Below, piece after piece: positions 27,697 to 37,092 of a DNA stretch of 64,000 nt (within the stretch, counting starts at the first letter, position 1; each line of letters begins with the position of its first letter). The DNA is taken from contig CBDCRP010000003.1 in assembly GCA_965221165.1 (NCBI GenBank), positions 576,001-640,000 on the forward strand. Reading direction: 5' to 3'. The DNA comes from a bacterium (GTDB taxonomy: Bacteria > UBA8248). The translations under genes and the position numbers were made by a program. Below the pieces are notes generated by a model, which was not told where the DNA came from, did not search any database, and saw nothing but the letters and a program-made list of their open reading frames with translations.

Positions 27697-29643
27697 GTGA
27701 ACGCCTCGGACATCATTTGGCGGCCGGATGAGGATTTTCTCACGAACAGCCACGTCGCCAAGCTGATGAAAAAGCTCGGCATCTCGGATTACCGCGAGTT
27801 TCTGCGCTGGTCGGTCGAGGACATCCGCCGCTTCTGGGAGGTCGTGCTGGAAGACATGGGGCTTGAATGGTACAGGCCTTATGATGAGCTTCTCGATTTG
27901 AGCGGCGGCTTCCCGTGGGCGAAGTGGTTTATCGGCGGGGAGACGAACATCGTCCTGAACTGCATCGACCGCCATCTGGAGAACGGCCGCAAGGATCAGA
28001 CCGCCCTCGTCTGGGAGAGCGATGGCGGAGAAACCCGCACGTTCACCTACGCCGAACTCTCCGCGGAGGTATCGCGCCTTGCGAACGCCATGCGTGAGAT
28101 GGGCCTGAAACCCGGCGACGTGGCGGGCGTGTTCCTCCCCATGGTGCCCGAAGCGGCCATCGTCATGTACGCCTGCTTCAAGACGGGGGTGGCCGTGCTG
28201 CCCGTCTTCTCGGGCTTCGGCCCCGAGGGTCTGGCCGAGCGCCTCATACACGCGGAAGCGCGCATCCTCTTCACGGTGGACGGCGCCGTTCGCAGGGGTA
28301 AGAAAGTTCCCCTGAAGGGCACGGTGGACGCGGCGCTCGAGCGCGGCACGACGGTAGAAAAAGTGGTCGTCCTCGAACGCTCGGGCGACGCCGTTCCCAT
28401 GCAGGAGGGGCGCGACGTCACCTGGGATGATTTCGTCGATGGACAATCGACCGAAGCCGAGACCGCGCGGCTTCCCGCCGACGCCGTCTCGATGATCATG
28501 TACACCTCGGGCACCACCGGCAAGCCCAAGGGCGCCGTCTACACCCACGCAGGGCTGATGAGCGGCCCGGGGCGCGAACTCAAGTATTGCCTCGACATGC
28601 GAGACGGCGACACGGTCTTCTGGGTCACGGACTTCGGGTGGGTCATGGCGCCCTATGAACTCGTGGGTTCTCACTTCAGCGGCCATTCGTGCCTGCTCTA
28701 TGAGAGCGTGCCGAACCACCCCGCGCCCGACAGGCTGTGGCGGATCATCGCCAGACACGGGGTCACCCACCTGGGCCTTTCGCCCACGGCGGTGCGCGTG
28801 CTGATCAGCGCGGGCGATGAGTGGGTGGAAGGCCACGATCTTTCTTCGCTCAGGGTGCTGGGTTCCACGGGCGAACCCTGGGACCCGGAATCCTACATGT
28901 GGTATTTCAACAAGGTGGGCGGCGGAAGGTGCCCCGTCATGAACATATCGGGCGGCACGGAAATAGGCGCCTGCCTCTTACAACCCCTGCCCGTCATGGA
29001 CCTCACCCCGTGCACGCTGGGCGCCCCCTCCATGGGCACGGACACCGACGTGTTCGGAGAAGACGCCAAGCCGATTCGCGGCGAAGTGGGCCACCTGGTG
29101 CTCAAACAGCCCCTCCCCTCGCTCACCAACGGCTTCTGGAAGGAGCCCGATCGCTACCTCGAAACCTATTTCTCGCGCTGGGATGGAGTGTGGTACCACG
29201 GCGACTGGGCCAAGGTGGACGAAAAGGGACTCTGGTATCTCTACGGCCGCTCGGACGACACCATCAAGGTGTCGGGCAAGCGCGTGGGGCCGAACGAAAT
29301 AGAATCGGAACTCATCAAGCATCCCGGCGTCATCGAGGCCGCCGTCGTGGGAACGCCGCACCCGGTGAAGGGAGAGGGTTTAACCTGTTTCGTCGTCATG
29401 CACGACACCTATCAGCCGAGCGACGCCCTGCGCGAGGAATTAAAAGATCAGGCGGTGAAATATCTCGGCAAGAGCCTGAGGCCCGATGAGGTCAGGTTCG
29501 TCAAAGCCCTGCCCAAGACGCGTTCCGCCAAAATCGTGCGCAACGCGATCAAGAAAGTCTACCTGGGCGAGCCGGTGGATCACATGGATCTCAACTCGCT
29601 CGAAAACCCCGCCCACCTGGACGCCATCAAGGAGGCGGTGTAG
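27697..29643 (+). CDS. AMP-forming acyl-CoA synthetase (acetyl-CoA synthetase-like)
   Basis: YTSGTTGKPKG, GSTGEP, SGGTE, GRSDD, KTRSAK. Confidence 0.92.
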   Translation: MNASDIIWRPDEDFLTNSHVAKLMKKLGISDYREFLRWSVEDIRRFWEVVLEDMGLEWYRPYDELLDLSGGFPWAKWFIGGETNIVLNCIDRHLENGRKDQTALVWESDGGETRTFTYAELSAEVSRLANAMREMGLKPGDVAGVFLPMVPEAAIVMYACFKTGVAVLPVFSGFGPEGLAERLIHAEARILFTVDGAVRRGKKVPLKGTVDAALERGTTVEKVVVLERSGDAVPMQEGRDVTWDDFVDGQSTEAETARLPADAVSMIMYTSGTTGKPKGAVYTHAGLMSGPGRELKYCLDMRDGDTVFWVTDFGWVMAPYELVGSHFSGHSCLLYESVPNHPAPDRLWRIIARHGVTHLGLSPTAVRVLISAGDEWVEGHDLSSLRVLGSTGEPWDPESYMWYFNKVGGGRCPVMNISGGTEIGACLLQPLPVMDLTPCTLGAPSMGTDTDVFGEDAKPIRGEVGHLVLKQPLPSLTNGFWKEPDRYLETYFSRWDGVWYHGDWAKVDEKGLWYLYGRSDDTIKVSGKRVGPNEIESELIKHPGVIEAAVVGTPHPVKGEGLTCFVVMHDTYQPSDALREELKDQAVKYLGKSLRPDEVRFVKALPKTRSAKIVRNAIKKVYLGEPVDHMDLNSLENPAHLDAIKEAV

Positions 29644-29645
29644 CG

Positions 29646-31589
29646 ATGCCCGAAGACATCATCTGGCGGCCCAATGAGGATTTTCTCCAAAACTCGAACG
29701 TCGCCCGCTTCATGAAGAAACACGATCTGGCGAGCTACGAGGAGTTGCTCGATTTTTTCAGAGAAGACGTCGCCCGCTTCTGGGAGGCGATTGAAAAGGA
29801 CATGGGCGTCTCCTGGTACAGGCGCTATGACCGGATAATGGACCCATCGGGCGGACTGCCCTGGACGAAGTGGTTCCTGGGCGGGGAGCTCAACATCGTC
29901 CACAACTGCATCGACAGGCACTTAGAGACCCCCACGCGCGATAAGACGGCTCTCGTCTGGGAGGGGGACGGCGGCGAAGTCCGCCGCTACACCTATGCCG
30001 AGATGAACGCGCAAGTCTGCCGCCTCGCGAACGCCATGCGCGGGATGGGGATGCGCCCCGGAGAAAGTGCCGGCATCTTCATGCCCATGATCCCAGAGAC
30101 CGTCTTCGCCATGTTCGCGTGTCTCAAGATCGGCGTCGTCGCGATTCCCATCTTCTCTGGCTTCGGCCCCGAGGCCGTCGCAGAGCGTCTCGATCACGCC
30201 GAGGCGCGGCTCGTGTTCACCTCGAACGGCGGGATGCGCCGGGGCAAGGAAGTGGGCGTAAAAGCCCTGATGGATCAGGCGCTACAAGCCGGGACCCGGG
30301 TCGAGAAAGTCGTCGTCTTCCAAAGAACCGAAACGAGCGTCCCCATGCAGGCCGGGCGAGACGTTTATTGGGATGATTTTGTACGAGGCCAACCCGAGGA
30401 GGCAGAAACCGAGCGCCTGCCCGCCGAGGCCCACTCACTCATCATCTACACCTCGGGCACCACGGGAAAGCCGAAAGGCACGGTGCACACCCACGCGGGC
30501 TGCATGCTCAACGTGTCCAAGGAGATCCGCTACTGCATGGACCTGCGCGATTCGGACGTCTTGTTCTGGGTGACGGACATCGGCTGGATGATGGGTCCGT
30601 GGGAGATGATAGGCGTTCAGTTCGGGGGCGGCACTTATCTCATCTACGATGGCGCGCCCAACTGGCCCGAACCCGACAGGCTCTGGAAACTCCTGAGTGA
30701 TCACGGGGTGAGCATCTTCGGCGTCTCGCCCACCGCCGTGAGGCTGCTCATCAGCCTGGGCGATGAATGGGTGGAAAAACACGATCTCTCCTCGCTGCGC
30801 GTGCTGGGTTCGACGGGCGAGCCCTGGGACCCCGAATCCTACATGTGGTATTTCGAAAAAGTCGGCGGCAGTCGGTGCCCCGTCATGAACATATCGGGCG
30901 GCACCGAGCTTTGCGGCTGCATACTCCAGCCCTACCCCATCGTTCCGCTCACGCCGTGCTCCCTGGGCGGCCCGGCCCTGGGCTCGGACGCCGACGTGTT
31001 CAACGAAGAGGGCGAGCCCGTGCGCGGGGAAATCGGCCATCTCGTGTTAAAGCAGTCCGTCCCCTCGATGACCAAGGGTTTTCTGAAAGACGATGCGCGC
31101 TTCATCGAGACCTATTTCACCCGCTGGCCGGACGTCTGGTACCACGGCGACTGGGCGCGCGTGGACGAGGACGGGCAGTGGTATCTCTTCGGCCGATCGG
31201 ACGACACCATCAACATCGCGGGCAAGCGCGTGGGACCCGCCGAGGTGGAGGCCGCCCTCATCGGGCATCCCGCCGTGGTGGAGGCCGCCGTCATCGGCGC
31301 GCCGCACCCCATCAAAGGCGAGGGTCTTTGCTGTTTCGTGGTGCCGGCGGCGGGCCATGAGCCGAGCGACGCGCTCCGTGAGGAACTAAAAGAAGAGACC
31401 GTGAAATATCTGGGAAAAAGCCTGCGTCCCGAAGAAGTAAAATTCGTCGAGGCGCTGCCCAAGACGCGCTCGGCCAAGATCGTGCGCGGCGCCATCAAGA
31501 AGGTCTATCTGGGAGAGGACCCCGCGAACATCGACACCTCTTCCATCGAGGCGCCGGAGTTTCTACACGCCATCAAGGAGGCGCGATGA
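29646..31589 (+). CDS. AMP-forming acyl-CoA synthetase (tandem paralogue)
   Basis: Same motifs, collinear with the upstream gene over its full length. Confidence 0.92.
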   Translation: MPEDIIWRPNEDFLQNSNVARFMKKHDLASYEELLDFFREDVARFWEAIEKDMGVSWYRRYDRIMDPSGGLPWTKWFLGGELNIVHNCIDRHLETPTRDKTALVWEGDGGEVRRYTYAEMNAQVCRLANAMRGMGMRPGESAGIFMPMIPETVFAMFACLKIGVVAIPIFSGFGPEAVAERLDHAEARLVFTSNGGMRRGKEVGVKALMDQALQAGTRVEKVVVFQRTETSVPMQAGRDVYWDDFVRGQPEEAETERLPAEAHSLIIYTSGTTGKPKGTVHTHAGCMLNVSKEIRYCMDLRDSDVLFWVTDIGWMMGPWEMIGVQFGGGTYLIYDGAPNWPEPDRLWKLLSDHGVSIFGVSPTAVRLLISLGDEWVEKHDLSSLRVLGSTGEPWDPESYMWYFEKVGGSRCPVMNISGGTELCGCILQPYPIVPLTPCSLGGPALGSDADVFNEEGEPVRGEIGHLVLKQSVPSMTKGFLKDDARFIETYFTRWPDVWYHGDWARVDEDGQWYLFGRSDDTINIAGKRVGPAEVEAALIGHPAVVEAAVIGAPHPIKGEGLCCFVVPAAGHEPSDALREELKEETVKYLGKSLRPEEVKFVEALPKTRSAKIVRGAIKKVYLGEDPANIDTSSIEAPEFLHAIKEAR

Positions 31590-31590
31590 A

Positions 31591-31848
31591 ATGGCGCTCC
31601 TCAACTGCCCCGAATGCGGGGGTCTCCTGAGCACGGAAGCCGCGTCCTGCCCGCACTGCGGCTATCCTTTGAGAAAAGGCGGGATCGGGGGCGTCTTCCA
31701 CGCCATTGCCCAGATCCCGTGTTTCATCGCCGGCCTGATTCTCATCTTCATCGCGCTCTTCATCGCCCTGATCCTTCTGGACGTCTATTACTTCCACGGC
31801 CTGATCCCCGGATTGTTCGGGGTCGAGACTCACGTCTCCAAATTCTAA
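31591..31848 (+). CDS. Small zinc-ribbon membrane protein
   Basis: CPECG...CPHCGYPL followed by one hydrophobic helix. Confidence 0.75.
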   Translation: MALLNCPECGGLLSTEAASCPHCGYPLRKGGIGGVFHAIAQIPCFIAGLILIFIALFIALILLDVYYFHGLIPGLFGVETHVSKF

Positions 31849-31860
31849 ACGCATGCGTAC

Positions 31861-32243
31861 GGAGTTGTTGAAAAAGTCCCCCAAACAGGGAATGGATTTC
31901 TCAATCGACATACACTTATGAAATGGCTCCCCCTTGAGAGTCGAGCACCCTCAAGGGGGGAGTAATTTTCCTCTCTCCCCGGTCGGCTAAATTCGCCAAA
32001 TCAAGAAATCAAGCTTTTTCAACACCCCCTCATAGCTGGAGCTTGCCGTCATTCCGGCGAAAGCCGGAATCCAAAAAGAGACGAGGTACGCATATTGCGG
32101 CATTCCCATTTCTCGATGATCGGGTTGTAAATTACAGTAAAAAAACGAAAGGCAAATGGATTCCGGCTTTCGCCGGAATGACGGTGAACACTCTCGATTG
32201 ATGGAGGTCAACAACCCCTTTACGGGACTTTTTCATCAACTCC
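31861..32243. mobile_element. MITE-like non-autonomous element with nested palindromes
   Basis: Terminal IR GGAGTTGTTGAAAAAGTCCC (31861-31880) vs 32224-32243 (19/20); no transposase inside; no TSD recognised. Confidence 0.6.
32046..32184. repeat. Palindromic repeat element (GTCATTCCGGC...GGAATCCA type)
   Basis: Perfect 28-bp inverted repeat, 32046-32073 and 32157-32184; each arm is itself a hairpin. Confidence 0.9.
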
Positions 32244-32328
32244 CACACAAATCCGACCTGCCCTTGTTCCAGGCCCCCCGAGTCGCTAAGCTGGCGCTTC
32301 GTTTCATCACAGGCAAGCAGGGGATCGT

Positions 32329-33081
32329 TTGATTTTGGACTACACGGCGCATCAATTGTTCGCGTTCGGAATCGCCGCCTTTTTCGTCGGCTTTCTGAAA
32401 ACCACCTTCAGCTCCGGGATCGGCATCCTTCTCGTCCCGATCATGATCATGTTCTGGCCCACGCGCTTCATCATCGGCATCGTGGCCGTCATCATGTGGG
32501 TAACGGACTTTTTCGCCATCCCCATGTTCTGGAAGCAGTGGGAGAGCCGCTTTCTGCGCTTCCTCGTACCCGGCTTCTATATCGGGATCCTCATCGGCGT
32601 CTACTGGCTGGTGAACCTGCCCGATTACTGGCTGAGAAAAGGAATCGGCTTCACCTGCGCCATCTTCGCCTTGCTGCTCTTCTGGCGCGAGGCGCGCGGA
32701 GAGATGAAGCCCCCGCCCATCAGCCTCCCTGCGGGGGTGGGCATCGGCGTGGCGGGCGGAATCATCAGCGCCATGTTTCACTCGGGAGGCCTCGTGCTGA
32801 GCCTTTTCTTCATCAGCCAAGGAATGTCCAAAACGGCGATAGTGGCGAGCGTCATCGTCGTATGGTTCTGTGTGAACCCATTCAAGGTCGCCTCGCTGTG
32901 GTACGGGGGCGTCGTGGAGACACCCATGCTCGTGGCGGGCGCTCTCGCCTTTCCCCTCGCGTGGGCCGGAAGCTGGTGCGGCAAGCAGACGCTCCGTCAA
33001 ATCCCCCAGAAAGGATTCACTTTCATCCTCCTGCTCTTATCCCTCGTCACGGCCCTGCGCCTTCTCCTGGAGTCGAGCTAG
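32329..33081 (+). CDS. TauE/SafE (TSUP) family exporter
   Basis: About 250 aa, about 8 TM; VGFLKTTFSSGIG, GGIISAMFHSGG, NPFK. Confidence 0.8.
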   Translation: MILDYTAHQLFAFGIAAFFVGFLKTTFSSGIGILLVPIMIMFWPTRFIIGIVAVIMWVTDFFAIPMFWKQWESRFLRFLVPGFYIGILIGVYWLVNLPDYWLRKGIGFTCAIFALLLFWREARGEMKPPPISLPAGVGIGVAGGIISAMFHSGGLVLSLFFISQGMSKTAIVASVIVVWFCVNPFKVASLWYGGVVETPMLVAGALAFPLAWAGSWCGKQTLRQIPQKGFTFILLLLSLVTALRLLLESS

Positions 33082-33083
33082 CG

Positions 33084-33830
33084 ATGCCGGATTTCTCCTG
33101 GGTAGAGTGGGGCTTCGTCCTGGCGGCGGCTTTTTGCAACGGTTTTCTGGTGCGCACGTTCGGAGCGGGCGTGGGCCTGGTTATCACCCCCTTCCTCATT
33201 TTCGCATTCTCGCCCTCTTTCTCCTTGGGCCTCATCGCGCTGTTCAGCTGCTGGTCGAGCCTGGGGGCGGCGCCCGATTTCTGGGGAAAGTGGAACCTGC
33301 GCTACGTGTTCCTCCTGGCGCCTGGCATCATTATCGGGCTCGCAGGCGGCGTCTGGCTGCTCACCTGGCTTCCCGGAGCGGGACTTAAAATCCTGATCGG
33401 CGCCATCTGTTTATCCCTCGCCTCCTACCAGGCGCTCGTGGAAATAAGAGGCAGGCCCTTTGAAATTCCCCCCCTGCCCGCGTGGCAGGGCGGGGGCTTC
33501 GGCGTCATGAGTGGCCTTTGCTCCTCGCTCGCCAACAGCGGGGCGATTTTTCTCACACCCGTTCTCATCAGCCAGAAACTGGAAAAAATCACCCTGGTGA
33601 GCACGATATGGGCTCTCTACGCGGTGATGAACCCCATCAAGGTGGTCGCCTTCTGGCAGGTTTCCGTCGTCACGATGGATACCCTCTGGGCGAGCGTGGT
33701 CGGCCTGCCCGTGCTGTGGCTGGGCATCAAGGCCGGCGCATGGGTGCAGGAGAGGCTGAGCGGACGCACGTTCAACCTGTGCGTGCTGAGCATCGCGCTG
33801 GGCGGATCGATACGTCTTTTGCTCGTCTAG
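33084..33830 (+). CDS. TauE/SafE (TSUP) family exporter (second copy)
   Basis: About 248 aa from ATG 33084; FGAGVG, SGLCSSLANSG, NPIK. Confidence 0.8.
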   Translation: MPDFSWVEWGFVLAAAFCNGFLVRTFGAGVGLVITPFLIFAFSPSFSLGLIALFSCWSSLGAAPDFWGKWNLRYVFLLAPGIIIGLAGGVWLLTWLPGAGLKILIGAICLSLASYQALVEIRGRPFEIPPLPAWQGGGFGVMSGLCSSLANSGAIFLTPVLISQKLEKITLVSTIWALYAVMNPIKVVAFWQVSVVTMDTLWASVVGLPVLWLGIKAGAWVQERLSGRTFNLCVLSIALGGSIRLLLV

Positions 33831-33891
33831 GACACCTCCGCCGCTCGCGTTCTCGTGCTAAAATACAGAGACATCGCATGGAGGAGGAAAA

Positions 33892-35004
33892 ATGAGCACG
33901 ACCACGCAAACCGCGAAAACGTCCCTGCCGGTTTCTGAAACGAGCCTCGGCATGGTGGACGCCGACATCCACCACGTACCCTCATCCCTGGACGCTCTCA
34001 AGCCCTATCTGCCGATCGAGTGGCGAAACTACGTGGAGGAGACGGATTACACGAAACTGCCGAACGCCCCTTATCCCAAGACGGCGGGCGGCGGCGTTCG
34101 CAAAGACGCCATACCGCCGGACGGCCCGGCGGGTTCTAGCCTCGCCATGCTTCAGGAACAGGTTCTCGACGCCTACGGGGTGCGCTACGCCGTCCTGAAC
34201 GGGGCGTATTACAACGTCTCCTTCATGGGAATCCCCGAGTTCGGCGCGGCTTTGGCGCGCGCGCACAACGACTGGACGGTCGAGCACTGGCTCGAAAAAG
34301 ACGCCCGCCTGCGCGGGTCCATTACGGTCTCGCATCAGGACCCGCAACACGCCGTGGATGAGATAAAGCGCGTCGGCGAGCGCGCCGACATGGCGCAGGT
34401 GCTCTTCCCGGCGGGTTCGCACGCCCCCTACGGCCAGAGAAAATATCACCCCATATACGCGGCGGCCGAAGAACGCGGACTCCCTATCGGCATCCATTTC
34501 GGCGGCTCGGGCGCGGGCAACGCGCCGCCGCCCACGGCTTCGGGCTGGCCCACCTACTACATCGAATGGCACACGGCGATGAGCCAGTGCTTCATGACCC
34601 ACGCCGTGAGCTTCATCTGCGAGGGCGTGTTCGAGTTGTTTCCCCGTCTGAAAATCGTCCTGATCGAGGGCGGCCTCTCCTGGATTCCCGGGCTCCTCTG
34701 GCGTCTGGACAAGAACTACCGGGGCATGCGCGCCGAAGTCCCTTGGCTCAAGAAGCTGCCGAGCGAATATTTTTATGAGCATTTCAGCGTAACGAGCCAG
34801 CCCATCGAGGAACCCGAAAAAGACGAACACCTCCTCCAGATATTCGAGATGGCCCACGCCGATAAAATCCTCCTTTTCGCCACCGACTACCCCCATTGGG
34901 ACTTCGACTCGCCCGTCCACGCCCTGCCCCGCCAGATGGACGCCGAATTGCGCGCGCGCATCATGCGCGACAACGCAATGGCGCTTTACGGGTTCGAGGG
35001 TTAG
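33892..35004 (+). CDS. Amidohydrolase_2 family protein
   Basis: [26 protein letters not shown]; strong GGAGGAGG RBS. Confidence 0.9.
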   Translation: MSTTTQTAKTSLPVSETSLGMVDADIHHVPSSLDALKPYLPIEWRNYVEETDYTKLPNAPYPKTAGGGVRKDAIPPDGPAGSSLAMLQEQVLDAYGVRYAVLNGAYYNVSFMGIPEFGAALARAHNDWTVEHWLEKDARLRGSITVSHQDPQHAVDEIKRVGERADMAQVLFPAGSHAPYGQRKYHPIYAAAEERGLPIGIHFGGSGAGNAPPPTASGWPTYYIEWHTAMSQCFMTHAVSFICEGVFELFPRLKIVLIEGGLSWIPGLLWRLDKNYRGMRAEVPWLKKLPSEYFYEHFSVTSQPIEEPEKDEHLLQIFEMAHADKILLFATDYPHWDFDSPVHALPRQMDAELRARIMRDNAMALYGFEG

Positions 35005-35108
35005 GGGGGGATTTTGACGGGTGTTAATGGGTGGAATATATTGCGGGGCGGTTCGGGTAAAAGAGCTGCCAATTTAAGTAGTATCTGGTTCGCCTTGGAG
35101 ATAGTACG

Positions 35109-36515
35109 ATGATCCGGCACGTCAACCTCAAGAATTTCAAGGCTTGGCGCGAACTCGACATAGAGTTCGGCCCGAGGATCACCGGTCTGTTCGGAACCAA
35201 CAGTTCGGGCAAGAGCAGCCTCATCCAGTTTCTCCTGATGTTGAAAGAGACCAAGAACAACACGGATCGCAAGCTCGTTCTCGATTTCGGAAAACCCGGC
35301 GGGGTGATCAACCTGGGCGGCTTCGGCGACGTCATCCACCGAATCGACAAAAGCCTGAAACTGGAATGGCGATTGTCCTGGAAAGGGCTGGAAAGGCCCT
35401 GGATCCCATCCGACTCTCACACTGACGAAGATGAGATTCAATTCGACTATAAAGAAGTGTCCATACATTCCGTGGTGGAAATGGCGAATCCTGAAACATC
35501 AAAGTCTCTAAGTGTGCAGTCAATGCGCTACACCATCATAGATGAGGATGATGGACAAGAAACGACATTCGGAATTGGGCCGAACCTGAAGAAAGAAAAT
35601 CTTTTTCGTTTTTTCGATGTGAAGGAAAAAACACCATCTGGCGACGTGTCTTATGGACACGGATACATCGACTCTGGCCCCATTAAAACCCATCTATTTC
35701 CCTCTCAAGTTTACTTTCATACCTTTCCTGAAAAACATGATCAAATAAGAATGCTGGAAGAGGATTACGAAAAACTAATGGATAGAGTTTTTTATCTCGG
35801 CCCTCTTCGAGATTATCCACAACGGGAATACACCTGGAGCGGTGGCAGACCTTATGACGTAGGATTGCGCGGCGAATTGTCGATCAACGCCATCCTCGCC
35901 GCCTCGGAAAAGGGAAAAGCCTATCAAATGGAGAAAGGGAGCAGAAAATGCTCCTTCCAGGAAGTAGTTGCGAGATGGCTCCAGAAAATGGGCCTCATCG
36001 ACTCCTTCTCGGTGGACGAAATCGCCAAGGGTTCCAACATCTATCAAGCCAAAGTGGAGGTAGACAAGGGAAGCCCGGAGGTGCTTTTGACGGACGTGGG
36101 CTTCGGCGTTTCCCAGGTTCTTCCGGCCATCGTCCTGCTCAACCACGTCCCCGAAGGCTCCACGGTCATCTTTGAGCAGCCGGAAATTCACTTACACCCC
36201 GAAGTGCAAAGCGGTTTGGCGGACGCCATGGTCGGCATCGCCGAAACGCGGGACTTGCAGGTGATTGTAGAGAGCCACAGCGAGCACCTGTTGCGACGGC
36301 TCCAGCGGCGGGTGGCGGACGAAACCGTCCGTGCGGACCTGGTGAAGCTCTACTTCGTCTCGCAGGAAAGCGGCGAAGCCCGTCTGACGGACATCGGCCT
36401 GAACGAATACGGAGAGATAGAGAACTGGCCGCCTGATTTCTTCGGCGATGAGATGGAGGAAATCGCGGAAACTAGAAAAGCCGCTATCAAACGCAAGATG
36501 AAAGTCGAGGAATGA
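35109..36515 (+). CDS. ABC/SMC-like ATPase (AAA_15/AAA_21-type) with DUF3696-like C-terminus
   Basis: LKNFKAW, Walker A GTNSSGKS, YLGPLR, DVGFGVSQVL, Walker B FEQPEIHLHP, ESHSEHL, GEIENWPPDFF. Confidence 0.88.
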   Translation: MIRHVNLKNFKAWRELDIEFGPRITGLFGTNSSGKSSLIQFLLMLKETKNNTDRKLVLDFGKPGGVINLGGFGDVIHRIDKSLKLEWRLSWKGLERPWIPSDSHTDEDEIQFDYKEVSIHSVVEMANPETSKSLSVQSMRYTIIDEDDGQETTFGIGPNLKKENLFRFFDVKEKTPSGDVSYGHGYIDSGPIKTHLFPSQVYFHTFPEKHDQIRMLEEDYEKLMDRVFYLGPLRDYPQREYTWSGGRPYDVGLRGELSINAILAASEKGKAYQMEKGSRKCSFQEVVARWLQKMGLIDSFSVDEIAKGSNIYQAKVEVDKGSPEVLLTDVGFGVSQVLPAIVLLNHVPEGSTVIFEQPEIHLHPEVQSGLADAMVGIAETRDLQVIVESHSEHLLRRLQRRVADETVRADLVKLYFVSQESGEARLTDIGLNEYGEIENWPPDFFGDEMEEIAETRKAAIKRKMKVEE

Positions 36516-36991
36516 CGGACAGGATAGTCGTTGATACGAATGTCTTGATAGTGGCGAATGGCAGAGACGACACCCCGGCGGATCTTAAATGTAAACTCGC
36601 GTGTATCGAAACGTTGCAGAGAGCAAAATCAGGGAAACAGGTCGTTCTGCTCGACAAATCCGATCTCATCATGGCCGAATACAGAAAGTATTGCAGTCAT
36701 AAGGGAGAGCCCGACGTTGGGGATATCTTTTTTAAGTTCCTGAATAACTATCAGCATTCAACAAAGAATGTCATTCACATACCAATCCAAAAGACGCCAG
36801 ACGCAGAGGGTGGATTCGCCAACCTTCCTCCGAATGATTTTGACCGGGATGACCGGAAATTTCTGGCCGTCGCAGAGGCCGGAGACGGGCGAGTCGTGAA
36901 CGCCACGGACTCGGACTGGACGGAACACGCCGCTTTCATCGACTCCATCGACGTCCAAGTGCTTGAACTCTGCCCGCAGTGCCTTAAATGA
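36512..36991 (+). CDS. PIN-like nuclease coupled to the ATPase
   Basis: IVVDTNVLIVAN, EY, DRDDRKFLAVA, NATDSDW; ATGA overlap with ATPase stop. Confidence 0.75.
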   Translation: MTDRIVVDTNVLIVANGRDDTPADLKCKLACIETLQRAKSGKQVVLLDKSDLIMAEYRKYCSHKGEPDVGDIFFKFLNNYQHSTKNVIHIPIQKTPDAEGGFANLPPNDFDRDDRKFLAVAEAGDGRVVNATDSDWTEHAAFIDSIDVQVLELCPQCLK

Positions 36992-37092
36992 GTGTGCCGT
37001 CAACCGAGAAATCTAGGAGCAATAGCCGGAGTGAAATCGTTCGGCGCCAACTGAATATAATCGAGTAGCAATCTGACGAAAGGAATTTAACA

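Noticed and set aside
27697-31589. Tandem ACS genes as an assembly duplication
   Set aside because: The copies differ at many codons along their whole length, so they are true paralogues
31987-32214. 75-aa ORF containing WIPAFAGMT (and similar ORFs at 55550-55911)
   Set aside because: These are translations of palindromic repeat DNA, not genes
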